NCBI RefSeq assembly: GCF_963921235.1
Contig: NC_086097.1
Span: forward strand, 232,378,001 to 232,442,000
Length of the DNA stretch: 64,000 nucleotides
From: Mobula hypostoma
Lineage: Eukaryota
Direction: 5' to 3'
The notes under the pieces were generated by a model, which was not told the DNA's origin, did not search any database, and was given only the letters and a program-made list of their open reading frames with translations. Of this stretch, positions 12,191 to 23,341 are shown in pieces. The number at the start of each line of letters is the position of its first letter. The stretch's first letter is position 1. A program made the position numbers and the translations under genes.

Positions 12191-12480
12191 TGTGGCGACC
12201 CACTTTCTACGCAGGTGAACCGGCTCACAAAATGGCGTGCATGTTGACAAAGAGGCCAGCCCCAAAATGGCGCTGAGCCGCCGCCTTCACCAGCAAGGGG
12301 AGAAAGCCCGCGTGCTGGGTGAGACTTTTGTAGTGCACCTCTGATGTCATTTCTGCCCGGAGAGGGCGGGAACGGAAATGCGTAAAAGCCAAAGCTGCGA
12401 AGTTTGAACAAACTAGTCTCGAGTGCAACTTATAGACTGCATGTCATTATTTCTAGCTCTGTGTGTAGCACATCACTACA
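12191..12480 (+). repeat. 3' LTR (290 bp)
   Basis: TGTGGCGACCC...ACTACA, preceded by a G-rich polypurine tract (12177-12184). Confidence 0.96.
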
Positions 12481-12579
12481 TGACCATGCCAACAAAAACA
12501 AAGGAATAAAAGTTGTCCAACACAGGGCAAAAAGGGACCCCCTAATCAAGAGATCCTGTTTGTCGGCAACCTGGTAAAT

Positions 12580-12910
12580 CAGAGCAGCACAGTAGTATAG
12601 CTAGTAGGACTGCTGCATCTCAGTGCCAGAGGTCTGAGTTCAATCCGGACCTTGGGTTCTGTATGCATTGAGTTTACCTGTTCTCCCTTTGACAGAAAAA
12701 GTCTGTCAAAGTGACAGTGAGTTTCATCCCAATCACCAGAGATGTGCAGGTCAGTAAGTTAATGGGTCACAGCAAATTTCCTTGGTGTGTAGGTAATGCT
12801 AAGGGTGGGGTTTGATAGAATGTAGGGAGAATGGGATTAGTGGAAATGGGTGGTTGATTGCCAGCTTGGTCTCGTAGATTTGAAGGGCCAATGCTGCACC
12901 TTTCTCTGAC
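12580..12910 (+). mobile_element. HE1/V-type tRNA SINE, degraded
   Basis: GAGTTCAATCC B box, GAGTTTACCTGTTCTCCC V-like domain, CR1-like tail GAAGGGCC. Confidence 0.65.
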
Positions 12911-13907
12911 TTACTGCAGATCCCATTGCAAACCAAATGTCCTTCTACATTCCAATCTAAACATCAGAATGATAGACTAGAATCACTAGAAGAGTTCAAC
13001 TAATTTCTGACAGGTCCACCTGGATTAATTATAGCATGATTGAATTCCCGATCCATTTAACTAAATGGCTTGTTTATTTCTTGAGGTGTGGAAGCTCACT
13101 TGAGGGAATCTGACCTGTGCACAGAACATTCTTGTTAAGAGCAATGCATATCAGTTTTTCTCTATCAGATTGGAATGTATTAGGCATAGTGAGTTGGAAA
13201 ACACATTAAGGGGTTAACTTCTGAAAAGAGCGAAGTCTGCACTTGCTCAAGAATTAAAAGACTCCAGTGAAACTCAGAGTTCAGTTCATGTTTTTAGACA
13301 TTGTACCAATTATCATTGCATACCAATCATTTCAAGGTAGACAACTGGAAAAACTTGACAACACATGTACCCTACTTCACTCTGTTCATAACAATTGGAT
13401 ATTATCTCTGTGTCTTACTTTCATGTGCTATCTGTCAGTGTTTTCAATTTGTTTTGGAGAACAGGCAATGTAAAGATGTTTTATCTTGTCACATTTGAGT
13501 CCCTTTTTCAGAGGTGCCATTATAGGTACAGACCAAGCAAGAGGGGAGAGCCTTGAGATCAGAATCAAGTTAACATTGGAAGTAGTGTAAACTCTATCAA
13601 AGCAACAGAGTATCTGTTGTAGCAGTTACAATAGTTCATGATCATGTGCATTGCTGCCAGGTCATTTTTGTTGGGAAAGTATCCCTTCGTGTTTTGCAGC
13701 AGTTGTTTGCCTAATACATTGACATAAATTGCCAAACATAGAGTTACCTGGTGACACTTTGTAGAGGATACACAATCCGAGTAGCTTCCGTAGCATTGTG
13801 ACTCATCTTTGCATGTTTTATGATACTGTGTTCCTTGATGGAGAATGTTAATGACTTGAGAATAGACCATGACAAGGCAAAAACCAAACAACATGAAAAC
13901 AAGATGA

Positions 13908-14050
13908 AGTCCTGCTGAAAGGTCTTGGCCCGAAATGTCGACTGTACTCTTCTTATTCTTCTCCATAGATGCTGCCTGGCCTGCTGAGTTCCTCCAGAAT
14001 TTTGTGTGTGTTGCTTGGATTTCCAGCATCTGCAGATTTTCTCTAGTTTG
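13908..14050 (+). mobile_element. PLE terminal fragment with degenerate hammerhead
   Basis: AGTC-CTGCTGA-AAGGTCTTGGCCC-GAAATGTC-GACT followed by GATGCTGCCTGGCCTGCTG...CCAGCATCTGCAG, homologous to the 21.4-kb PLE end. Confidence 0.75.
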
Positions 14051-15569
14051 TGAAGACAAATGTTTTGGTTTTCTGTTTATCGTATTAATCATCCCAGTGC
14101 CTTTCATATTTGAAAATGCAAGTTTCAGTGTCCCAGCTGTGTCGCTTGTATGGTTAAGGGAAAGATGCTGTGGAAATTACCTCGTAACCCAAGTGAGGCC
14201 CATATCCATGAAGTAATGAAGAGTAGGATCCAGGGATGACAAGGAAGTCAAACTCTTTATGTGAAGCTATTAGAATGGAGATCTGAGCATTGGAGACCAA
14301 TAAGGTGGGCTTGGGAGTACATGGTTTTTGGGGGCTTTGGAAGATGGGGATGGAAGTAGTGGAGTGAAGTGCTCATTAATGAGGGATAGTGCAGAGAGCA
14401 CACACCAGGAGCCCAGCTTGCTGGATATTGAACTGGACTTTATTGCTAATTCACTCCCATAATATGTGAACTCCTCCCTTGTGGGAGCAGCTGATTGGCA
14501 TATAATTAACCCAATTAACTAATGCAACATTTCCTCTTCTTGAATAACAAGAAATGCTAGGTATGCCCTTCATGTCTATAGAACTGCATTGAAATTATAG
14601 TCACTGAAATTGCTTGATTCAGTTCACTTTACCCATAGCATGTTACTTATGCTCCTTACATAAACATAAAAAAGAATTGCCAACATTATAACTTTCTTTC
14701 CATTTGTTGTTAACTGTCTCACTCTTTGTTTTCCTCCTTTTTTCACCAATTCCTTTTTCAATTAAGGAAAGGTTGAAAGCTGGAATTAATGTTCCCTGTT
14801 TATGCCAATAGTGGGTGAGTGAAGGATGTCAGGATCTGGTAGTATTGGTATCAGTCTGGAATTACCTTGAAGGATGTGGTGGGTTTTAAGAGTAGCAAAT
14901 TGACTGGGACTCTTAACATTGGATGTGGGGATGTTGGGTTAAGGCAGGGCCTCTCTGGGACAATAGATTAATGCTGAGACATCACCGTACAAGTATGTAT
15001 ACAATGAAATCCTGGAAGGCATAATGTGGAAATTTCACTTTAGTTGATTGAAGCGCTTAATGTACTGTTTTTCCTCAGATGTATTTATAGTCTTGGAGTG
15101 CATAATAGGGTATGAATAATTAATAGGAACTTTTTCTCACAGAATAAAATGAGGATGAGATGGTAGAGGCCAGAGGCACTGAATGTGATGAGACTGGATG
15201 GCTAGAATTGTTTGTCAGTGAATTATACCAAATGATCCGAAGTTGCTAATGACATATGGAATTCAAGAGCTGGATTATGTTGGCTACTGTAAGGTGGTTG
15301 TGCAGGAACCCAATAAATTGGAGTATGACCCAGCCTTGGAAAAACATTTTGTTTCAGTGTGTATCCAAAGTTCAAAGTAAATTTATTATCAAAGTACGTA
15401 ATGTCACAATAAATTGCCCTGACATTCACTTCCTTGCAAGCATTCACAGTAGAACAAAGAAATATAATAGAATCAATGAAAAACTACACACAGAGAAAGA
15501 CTGACAAACCAATGTGCAAAGGAAGATGAGCTAGAAAACAAAAGAAACAAATAATAAGCAAGCTAGTAA

Positions 15570-16110
15570 GTTGGTTGGGGTCAATCGTGGATTTTGTGTC
15601 CTAGCTGTCTGCATCAAAGTCAATGCACAAGCCAGGGCAGTACGATATGGAGAGCAAACTGTTGCCCATGTAGTAGACTACTGCTCTCCAAACAGCTGAT
15701 GAATCCAAAGGAGCGGCTGAGTCTAATACAGTTTGGCACCAGCGGCGTCGCAGGACTGGCAGTCAAGGGATGCTGACTATTTTTCCTTAGGGTTTACTCC
15801 CAAAGCCTTTCCCATAGCTGCAAGGCAGCAGAGGTTTGAGATCAGTGTTTTTCTTCTAAACGAGCTGCCAACCACAGCTGGTGAGCTCCATTTGCCAAAA
15901 GTGACTGGTTTTAAGGTGCTAGTGACCCACTTTCCCCCTCAGTCAGTAAAAATCGTTTTGCCGGGCTTGGTAACTAAGCCTGGGTGAAAGTAGGAGCTGG
16001 ACTTGGTTGCCAGAGGCTATTTGAGACACATGCCATTGGGAGCCTTTAATAGGTAGTGGGAGCTTATCCCCACTAACACCCCTCCCCCTCCCCAGCGATG
16101 ACAACCTGAG
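15570..16110 (-). mobile_element. Non-autonomous RTE-related short element (same family as 25.4 kb)
   Basis: AGGGTTTACTCCCAAAGCCTTT and GGACTTGGTTGCCAGAGGCTATTTGAG...AGGTAGTGGGAGCTT are shared with 29.6-29.9 kb. Confidence 0.75.
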
Positions 16111-17233
16111 CAATCAAATAAACAAACAAATAATAGATAAATAAAACTGAGAACATGGGTTGTAGAGTCATTGAAAGTAAGTGGATAAGTTGTGTAATCA
16201 GTTTAGTGCTGAGGTGAGTGTAAGTTATCCACGCTGGTTCAGGAGCCTGATGATTGAAGGGTAACATCTGTTCCTGAAGCTGGTGGTGTGGGACCTGATG
16301 CTCTTGTACCACTTCCCCCACTGCTATCCGTGTTTCCTGGTATCTTCACTTCAAGTCAACTTGTTGCATAGCAATGAGAAGTGGAAACCTTAGTTCATTT
16401 TGTTGTTTCTTACTTAGCTGGGTTCCTTGCTTCTCCTTGCCTCGGGGCTATTGAGATTTGTTATTGTAACCTACTGGTGCCTTGCCCATGAGTAGCTAAC
16501 TCAGCAGCTTGGGAATTGTACTTCTATGTGGTGTAATATTTCAAGCCCACACTATTGAGAGAGCTAAGTTTATGTCCCTGTGGGACATATTGTGATAATC
16601 ATTCTGTTAGTTTTCTGAGTGTATCATCCTTTAAGTATATACTCATTTGGCTTTCAGCTTTACGTGAATTCATTTGTCCAATAGGAAAGAGAGTTATATT
16701 ATCAAATTCAGATGATCCATTCTCTTTTTCTAAATGACCTACCATGTAAGTGTCACCAACTATATACTAACACACGAATTTTTAAAGCCCTTTTACCAAG
16801 ATATGGTCACTGATGCCATTGTCATTGTGTAACAGACTTTGGGCAACAAAAGAGGTACATCCCTCGCGATCGGATTTCTTCCTGGTGCATTGAGTTGAAT
16901 AGCTGCAGTAGAATGAATAGAGCAGAGTAACATAATCCTTTTGATTTTCTGATTAGTGACAGCTACAGTAGCTTTGGTGGGCAGGTTTGATTTATTGAAA
17001 TCTAGGCACCATCCCGTAAAACAGTACTGGATCTTGCTGCATTTAAAAAAAAATCCAGTGCTGCTGTAAAATTTCTTTAGAACAAAAGTCTTGTCAAAAA
17101 GCAAGTTTATGAATCTTATTTGGAGAATAGATCTCCACTTCATTGGCTTTTTAACAGACATCGAAGAAGGAATATTAAAGTGCCATTTAAATTGTACTCA
17201 TCAGTAGCAATGATTTTGGAAATCAGTAGCCAT

Positions 17234-17929
17234 CGTAGCCCCCCTGGCCAGCCTCAGGGTCGCTCGGCTCGCTGTCGTCTAGGGAAACAGCCCTTGGCCC
17301 CGCCAAACTGGGGAAGCAGTTTGTGTGGATGCTGTGTGATGTACCCCACCCTGCCCAAATAACAGACAATACACCAGATACGATTAAATGATTTACAGTT
17401 TATAGATATTACTGGAACTATATAATAGAGAATAAAATATAAAAGGAAAATAAAAGGCGCCACACTTATCAAAGTTCAATCTCTTCGTGCACAAACAGTT
17501 GGAGCTCAGGACCCTTCTTCTTCACCCTGCGACCCCTCGGACCACCTCGACCGGCCACCTGGGACCAACAACGGTGGTCGACCAGATGCTCCACATGAGT
17601 CCGTCTCTGTCTCCTCTCCTCGCCGAACGCCCTCCTCGGGGTCCGACCCCGTTAGCGGACTCACAGCACCTGGTCCATCCTCTGTCTCTCTCTCTCCCGC
17701 CTTCTGCCTCCAAAGTCCCGCACATACAAATCTTCCAGATACACCAAAATCATAACAACTATCCCAATTGGTTCGTAACATTTTCTTATCACTGCCTAAC
17801 CCAAAACAAGCTGCTAGCGCAAAAAACTTACTCAGTGTTTAACATAAGAGGAGCATTCCCAAGTATAACATAACAAGGAAGCCATTTTAATTAGCCTATG
17901 CAGTAACATAAGAGACAAAACCCCCTGCA
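17234..17929 (-). mobile_element. Probable solo LTR (~696 bp)
   Basis: GC-rich block with minus-strand ends TGCAGGGG...GGGGCTACG (decayed TG...CA) and near-TSD CCAT/CTAT; no coding remnant. Confidence 0.55.
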
Positions 17930-18654
17930 CTATGATTTTAAAATACAGAAGATTTATTTTTCTCCATTTTTAGTAAGTGAAGTTTTCAATAATTAGAAGA
18001 AAAATTCTGTTGACTAAGAATTTATTGAAGTCACTGAATTTATAGCGCACCCTTTATGATGTAATGAATACGGTATTACTTATTTTAACTTGACATATTA
18101 TAAACTGTTAATCATGTTTCTTTGAGAAGTATTGATCCATTCATATAAAGTGCCTTTGGATATTGGTGACTTGCTTGCTTTGCTCATAGATACCATCAAC
18201 TCAACTGTTTCTGGAATAATAATGCAGAAAATGTTAAATAATTCAGTCCTTGGAAATATACAGTTTCTTTGCCATTTTTTTGTGATTGTTTGTTTCTCTT
18301 TTGACCAGTCTTTTATCAGACAAGTAGAAAAGTGCAACAACATAAATACAGTATTGGCAACATCAGCTTTGTTTATTTTCTGAAACAATGTTTGTACTGG
18401 TGCCATTGGGCATAGCAATTTCCCCATTCCACCACAGGCTACACCAACAGTACAATATATCTCATGTCTAGGCTGTGAAATTGTGCCAAAACACTGGGTT
18501 CCTATTTTAGAAGTCATACAGTGTTATTCTCATCTGTTTGTTTCTTTCTTAGACTCAAATTTTCAGGTAACTGCCAAACCCTAGGAACTTTCTGCAAAAG
18601 GCCATTGGTCAAGATGGGTGTTCCAAACACACTGCTTCATCAACCCAGTGCACT

Positions 18655-19160
18655 GAAATTCAAAGTAAATTTATTATCCAAGTACACACATCTTCATTAT
18701 ACAACCCTGAGATTCACTTTCTTGTGGGTATACTCAGCAAATTTATAGAATAACAGGATCAATGAAAGATCAACCAGAATGCTGAAGACAATAAACTGTG
18801 CAAATGCAAATATAAATGGTAATAAATACCAAGAGCATGTGATAATGCCATTTAAAAAGTCCTTAAAAGTGAGATCATTGGTTGTGGGAACATTTCAATC
18901 AAGAGAGTGTAGTTATAGCCCCTTTTATTCAAGTTCCTGATAGTTGAGGGGTAGTAGCTGTTCTTGAATCTTGCAGTGTGAGCCTTGTGGGTTGTGTACC
19001 TTCTACCTGATGGGAGCAGCGAGAAGAGAATGGTGGTAGGGATGTCTGATGATGGATGCTGCATTCTTGTAATAGCATTTCATGTAGGTATGCTCAGTGG
19101 TTGAGAGGGCTTTACCCACATTGTACTGGGCCAAATCCACTACCTTCTGTGGAATTCAAA
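18655..19160 (-). mobile_element. Rex1/Babar 3' fragment
   Basis: LFSLLPSGRRY...RFKNSYYPSTIRNLN. Confidence 0.75.
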
Positions 19161-19777
19161 GGTATTTTGCTGAGCAGGAAAAAAAAATTGTGACAATGAA
19201 TTGGAGAACTTTGGTGATACCTACAGTGTCCATAATTGGTTAATGTGTGTTGCTTGTTAAACTACTATAGAATTAAACATTTTTTAGTGATTAAAAACCA
19301 GGTTCTCTTACAATTGTTCTCCAAGCAATGCTGCATATCTGAATTAAAATGATCCACAAATGTATTCTTTATAAGCACATAAGGAACTGACCAAACAGAA
19401 TGGTGAGCCTGCTCTGATATTTAATTAGCCTGGAAATAGACATCAATTGAGCATTTGTTTCCTTTTAGATATAGAATTCCAGTCCATCAGCAATAGAAGT
19501 ATCTGCTCATTGGTGCAAATCTCGAGACTCTGCTCTGATTATAAATCACCCATGCAAGGAGAGAGCACCTCAGTTTGCTACTCTCTCTTAGAACATATGC
19601 ATATATGAATCAGAAAAAGTAGTAGTCCACCATTTGATGAGGTCATGGTTAATTTAACTATAACCTCGAACAAGTCTATCTTTGCTCTTTAGCCTCTGTC
19701 TGTATGCAGGTAGGAAGAGAGCCAAGTGATCAGATTTACCAAAGTGTGGTCTGGGCATGAAATGGTAGGTACGCCCC

Positions 19778-20590
19778 TTAAAACTAATCAATAAGCTTCA
19801 AGACCTTGGCCTCAAAACCTCCTTGTGCAATTGGATACGGGATTTCCTCACTTGCAGAACCCAGTCAGTTTGGATTAGCAATGACATCTCCTCCTCCATC
19901 TCCATCAGCACAGGTGCACCACAAGACTGTGTGCTTAAACCCCCGCTCTACTTGCTTTACACTTATGACTGACTGTGTGGCTAAGCACAGCTCCAATGCC
20001 ATATTCAGATTTGCTGATGACCACCGTCATAGGCCGAGCCAAAGGTAGTGACGAATCAGCATATAGGAGGAAGATTAAAAATCTGGCTGAATGGTGCCAC
20101 AACAACAATGTCAGCAAAACCAAGGAGTTGGTTATTGACTTCAGAAGGAGGTCAATAAGCCAGACCTCATCAGAGGTAGAGAGGATCAGCAACTTTACTT
20201 TTCTTGGTGGTGTTAGTTGGGAGGACCTGTCCTGCGCAATTATGAAGAAAGCACGACAACGCTTCTACTTCCTTTGGAGCTTGCATCGAATCGTATGATG
20301 TCTAAAACTTTGACGAACTTCACTCATCTTCACTTGTTTCATCAGTTAGATGTCCCCACAACATATGGACTCACTTTCAAGGACTCTTCATCTCATATTT
20401 TCAATATTTATTGCTTTTTTTAATTATTATTTCTTTCTTTTTGTAGTGCACACTGGTTGAAAGCCCAAGTTGGTGTGGTCTTTCATTGATTCTCATGGCT
20501 ATTATTCTATTATTGATTTATTGCGTATGCCTGCAAATAAATCTCAAGGTTGTACATGTACATTGTTAATAAACTTACTTTGAACCTTGA
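19778..20590 (+). mobile_element. Rex1/Babar fragment
   Basis: IFRFADD, DESAYRRKIKNLAEWCHNN..VSKTKELVIDFRR. Confidence 0.78.
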
Positions 20591-21405
20591 ATCTATTCCG
20601 GTCAACCAGCAGTTATATTCCCCTCCACCTGCTTGACACACAAGTACCTATTGAACGCTACTTTAAAAATATTGAAAGCCCTTTCAGGAAGAGGGTTCCA
20701 AAGACATGATCACCAAGACAAAAATGTTGCTTCATCTCTATATTAAATGATTGAAACATTATTTTTAAACAAATATTGCAACTTCTTGATTCTCCTACCT
20801 TGCCAATAGTCCTTGATTCCTTTTGTTTCAATTCCCTCCTCACACTTATAAACTCCAATAAATTCAAGTCTAGCCTGTTCAACTGTTCTGCATAAGGTGA
20901 TCCATGCTATTTCCACCAGCATTTTGTGTGCGTTGCTTGAATTTCCAGCATCTGCAGATTTCCTCATGTTTGCCATGCTATTTCTTATTCTCATTTCCTC
21001 TTAAATGCAATGAGTTGTACATTTTAGCTACATCATTTAGTGGCACATTTCAAAATCAGGCTGTGGATTAAATACATGATTTCTGAACTGCTTACATCTG
21101 TATCTTATGTTTCTGGCCTTTACCTTTTCCTTCAAAGACATGGAAGCATCTTTGCTTGGAATTTCACCTCCAGTCCACGGTGTCTAACGTGCTACATAGT
21201 AGCAATTGTATGCTTTATTTTTTTTTACTTCTGAAGTCCTCTACTACCAGTGGATTCATTTCTGGGTATGTCTACAGTACATCTTTGTCTGTCCCCCTTT
21301 GTATTCTCTTCCATAACAAAAGGGGCTCCAGAATGTAAGCAACACACATCAAAGTTGCTGGTGAATGCAGCAGGCCAGGCCAGGCAGCATCTCTAGGAAG
21401 AGGTA

Positions 21406-21443
21406 TAGTCGACGTTTCAGGCCGAGACCCTTCGTCAAGACTA
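21406..21443 (-). ncRNA. Minimal type I hammerhead ribozyme motif (C3 to U variant) in the PLE 3' region
   Basis: Minus strand reads TAGTC-TTGACGA-AGGGTCTCGGCCT-GAAA-CGTC-GACTA. Stem I is TAGTC/GACTA; stem III is the palindromic ACGT typical of PLE hammerheads. Confidence 0.75.
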
Positions 21444-21738
21444 ACTGAAAGAAGAGCTAGTAAGAGATATGAAAGTGGGAGGGGGAGGGGGAGATCCGAA
21501 ATGATAGGAGAAGACAGGAGGGGGAGGGATGGAGCCAAGAGCTGGACAGGTGATTGGCAAAAGGGATATGAGAGGATCATGGGACAGGAGGCCCAGGGAG
21601 AAGGAAAAGCGGGGGGGAGTGGGGGAACCCAGGGGCAAGGGGTATAGTCAGAGTGACAGAGGGAGAAAAAGGAGAGAGAGAAAAAGAATGTGTGTATATA
21701 AATAAATAACGGATGGGGTACAAGGGGGAGGTGGGGCA

Positions 21739-22863
21739 TTAGCGGAAGTTAGACAAGTCACTGTTCATGCCATCAGGTTGGAGGCTACCCAGACGGAATA
21801 TAAGGTGTTGTTCCTCCAACCTGAGTGTGGCTTCATCTTTACAGTAGAGAAGGCCGTGGATAGACATATCAGAATGGGAATGGGATGTGGAATTAAAATG
21901 TGTGGCCACTGGGAGATCCTGCTTTCTCTGGCGGACAGAGCGTAGGTGTTCAGCAAAACGATCTCCCAGTTTGCGTCGGGTCTCGCCAATATATAGAAGG
22001 CTACATCGGGAGCACCGGGCGCAGTATATCACCCCAGCCGACTCACAGGTGAAGTGTCGTCTCACTTGGAAGGACTGTTTGGGGCCCTGAATGGTGGTAA
22101 GGAAGGAAGTGAAAGGGCATGTGTAGCACTTGTTCCGCTTACAAGGATAAGTGCCAGGAGGGAGATCAGTGGGGAGGGATGGGGGGGACGAATGGACAAG
22201 GGAGTCGCGTAGGGAGCGATCCCTGCGGAAAGCAGATAGATGGGAGGAGGGAAAGATGTGCTTAGTGGTGGGATCCCGTTGGAGGTGGCGGAAGTTACGG
22301 AGAATAGTATGTTGGACCCGGAGGCTGGTGGGGTGGTAGGTGAGGACCAGGGGAACCCTATTCCTAGTGGGGTGGCGGGAGAATGGAGTGAGAGCGGATG
22401 TGCGTGAAATGGGGGAGATGCGTTTGAGAGCAGAGTTGATGGTGGAGGAAGGGAAGCCCCTTTCTTTAAAAAAGGAGGACATCTCCCTCGTCCTGGAATG
22501 AAAAGCCTCATCTTGAGAGCAGATGCGGCGGAGTCGGAGAAATTGCGAGAAGGGGAAGGCATTTTTGCAAGAGACAGGGTGAGAAGAGGAATAGTCCAGA
22601 TAGCTGTGAGAGTCAGTAGGCTTATAGAAGACATCAGTAGATAAGCTGTCTCCAGAGATGGGGACAGAAAGATCAAGAAAGGGGAGGGAGGTGTCGGAAA
22701 TGGACCAGGTAAACTTGAGGGCAGGGTGAAAGTTGGAGGCAAAGTTAATGAAGTCAACGAGCTCAGCATGCGTGCAGGAAGCAGCGCCAATGCAGTCGTC
22801 AATGTAGCGAAGGAAAAGAGGGGGACAGATACCAGAATAGGTTTGGAACATAGATTGTTCCAC
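21739..22863 (-). CDS. PLE RT C-terminus plus GIY-YIG endonuclease (N-terminally truncated)
   Basis: LRYIDD RT motif; Cys linker CKRNKCYTC; VIYCARCSRCSLLYIGETRRKL...RFAEH; no stop over 374 codons. Confidence 0.85.
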   Translation of the reverse strand: MEQSMFQTYSGICPPLFLRYIDDCIGAASCTHAELVDFINFASNFHPALKFTWSISDTSLPFLDLSVPISGDSLSTDVFYKPTDSHSYLDYSSSHPVSCKNAFPFSQFLRLRRICSQDEAFHSRTREMSSFFKERGFPSSTINSALKRISPISRTSALTPFSRHPTRNRVPLVLTYHPTSLRVQHTILRNFRHLQRDPTTKHIFPSSHLSAFRRDRSLRDSLVHSSPPSLPTDLPPGTYPCKRNKCYTCPFTSFLTTIQGPKQSFQVRRHFTCESAGVIYCARCSRCSLLYIGETRRKLGDRFAEHLRSVRQRKQDLPVATHFNSTSHSHSDMSIHGLLYCKDEATLRLEEQHLIFRLGSLQPDGMNSDLSNFR

Positions 22864-23341
22864 AAAGCCAACAAAAAGCCAGAATGTTCAGGCTTCCTTA
22901 TAATTAAACTTTACAGTGTTGACATCATTTTATTTTTATCTTCCCTAATAACTTTTCTGTTATCTTCCCTGATATGTTTTAAATAGGTGAAAATGTCATG
23001 TCCATCTTTTTTTTAAAGCTGGACAACAGATTTCTTTCACGTAGATTGTTACATTCATAGTTTTTTTAGGTTGTGGAAGAAAATGAGTATGGGCAGTTTC
23101 AATGGGCTCCTTATTGGCTGCAAGAGATTACTGGAATTAAGAAATGTGTTACTGCTGTAGAAGGTTTCTCCCAGCCCAGTATTTGTCATCTTAAAAAATT
23201 TTTTAAGGGGTAGGCTTGGCTTGAAGTCATTAAAGTAATCAAGACAGCTTGTTACTTTTATGTCTCGTGGTTTGGTCTAATGTCCTGGTGGTTTACTGCT
23301 TTCAATTGAACTTTGCAGCATCTGTTTTTATAGTATGATTA

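Larger units (their letters stand above)
8142..12480 (+). mobile_element. Full-length Ty3/Gypsy LTR retrotransposon (CsRn1/Kabuki-like), disabled
   Basis: Two TG...CA LTRs; 4-bp TSD TGAC (8138-8141 and 12481-12484); PBS; purine tract before the 3' LTR; domain order gag-PR-RT-RH-INT. Confidence 0.97.
21337..22878 (-). mobile_element. 5'-truncated Penelope-like element (Neptune-type), young
   Basis: 9-bp TSD CCAGAATGT (21328-21336 and 22879-22887); uninterrupted RT-GIY-YIG frame; 3' region with a hammerhead motif. Confidence 0.92.

Noticed and set aside
10376..12247. 623-aa ORF as a domesticated host gene
   Set aside because: It is the RH-INT part of a disrupted pol inside LTRs with a TSD, has a mutated RNase H aspartate (GAS for DAS), and runs into the 3' LTR.
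8142..12480. Bacterial or viral contamination suggested by high GC
   Set aside because: Clean TSD and integration among host repeats; no env and no bacterial genes.
22062..22874. 270-aa Pro/Ser-rich overlapping ORF
   Set aside because: Alternate frame of the C-rich PLE coding strand; no independent motif.
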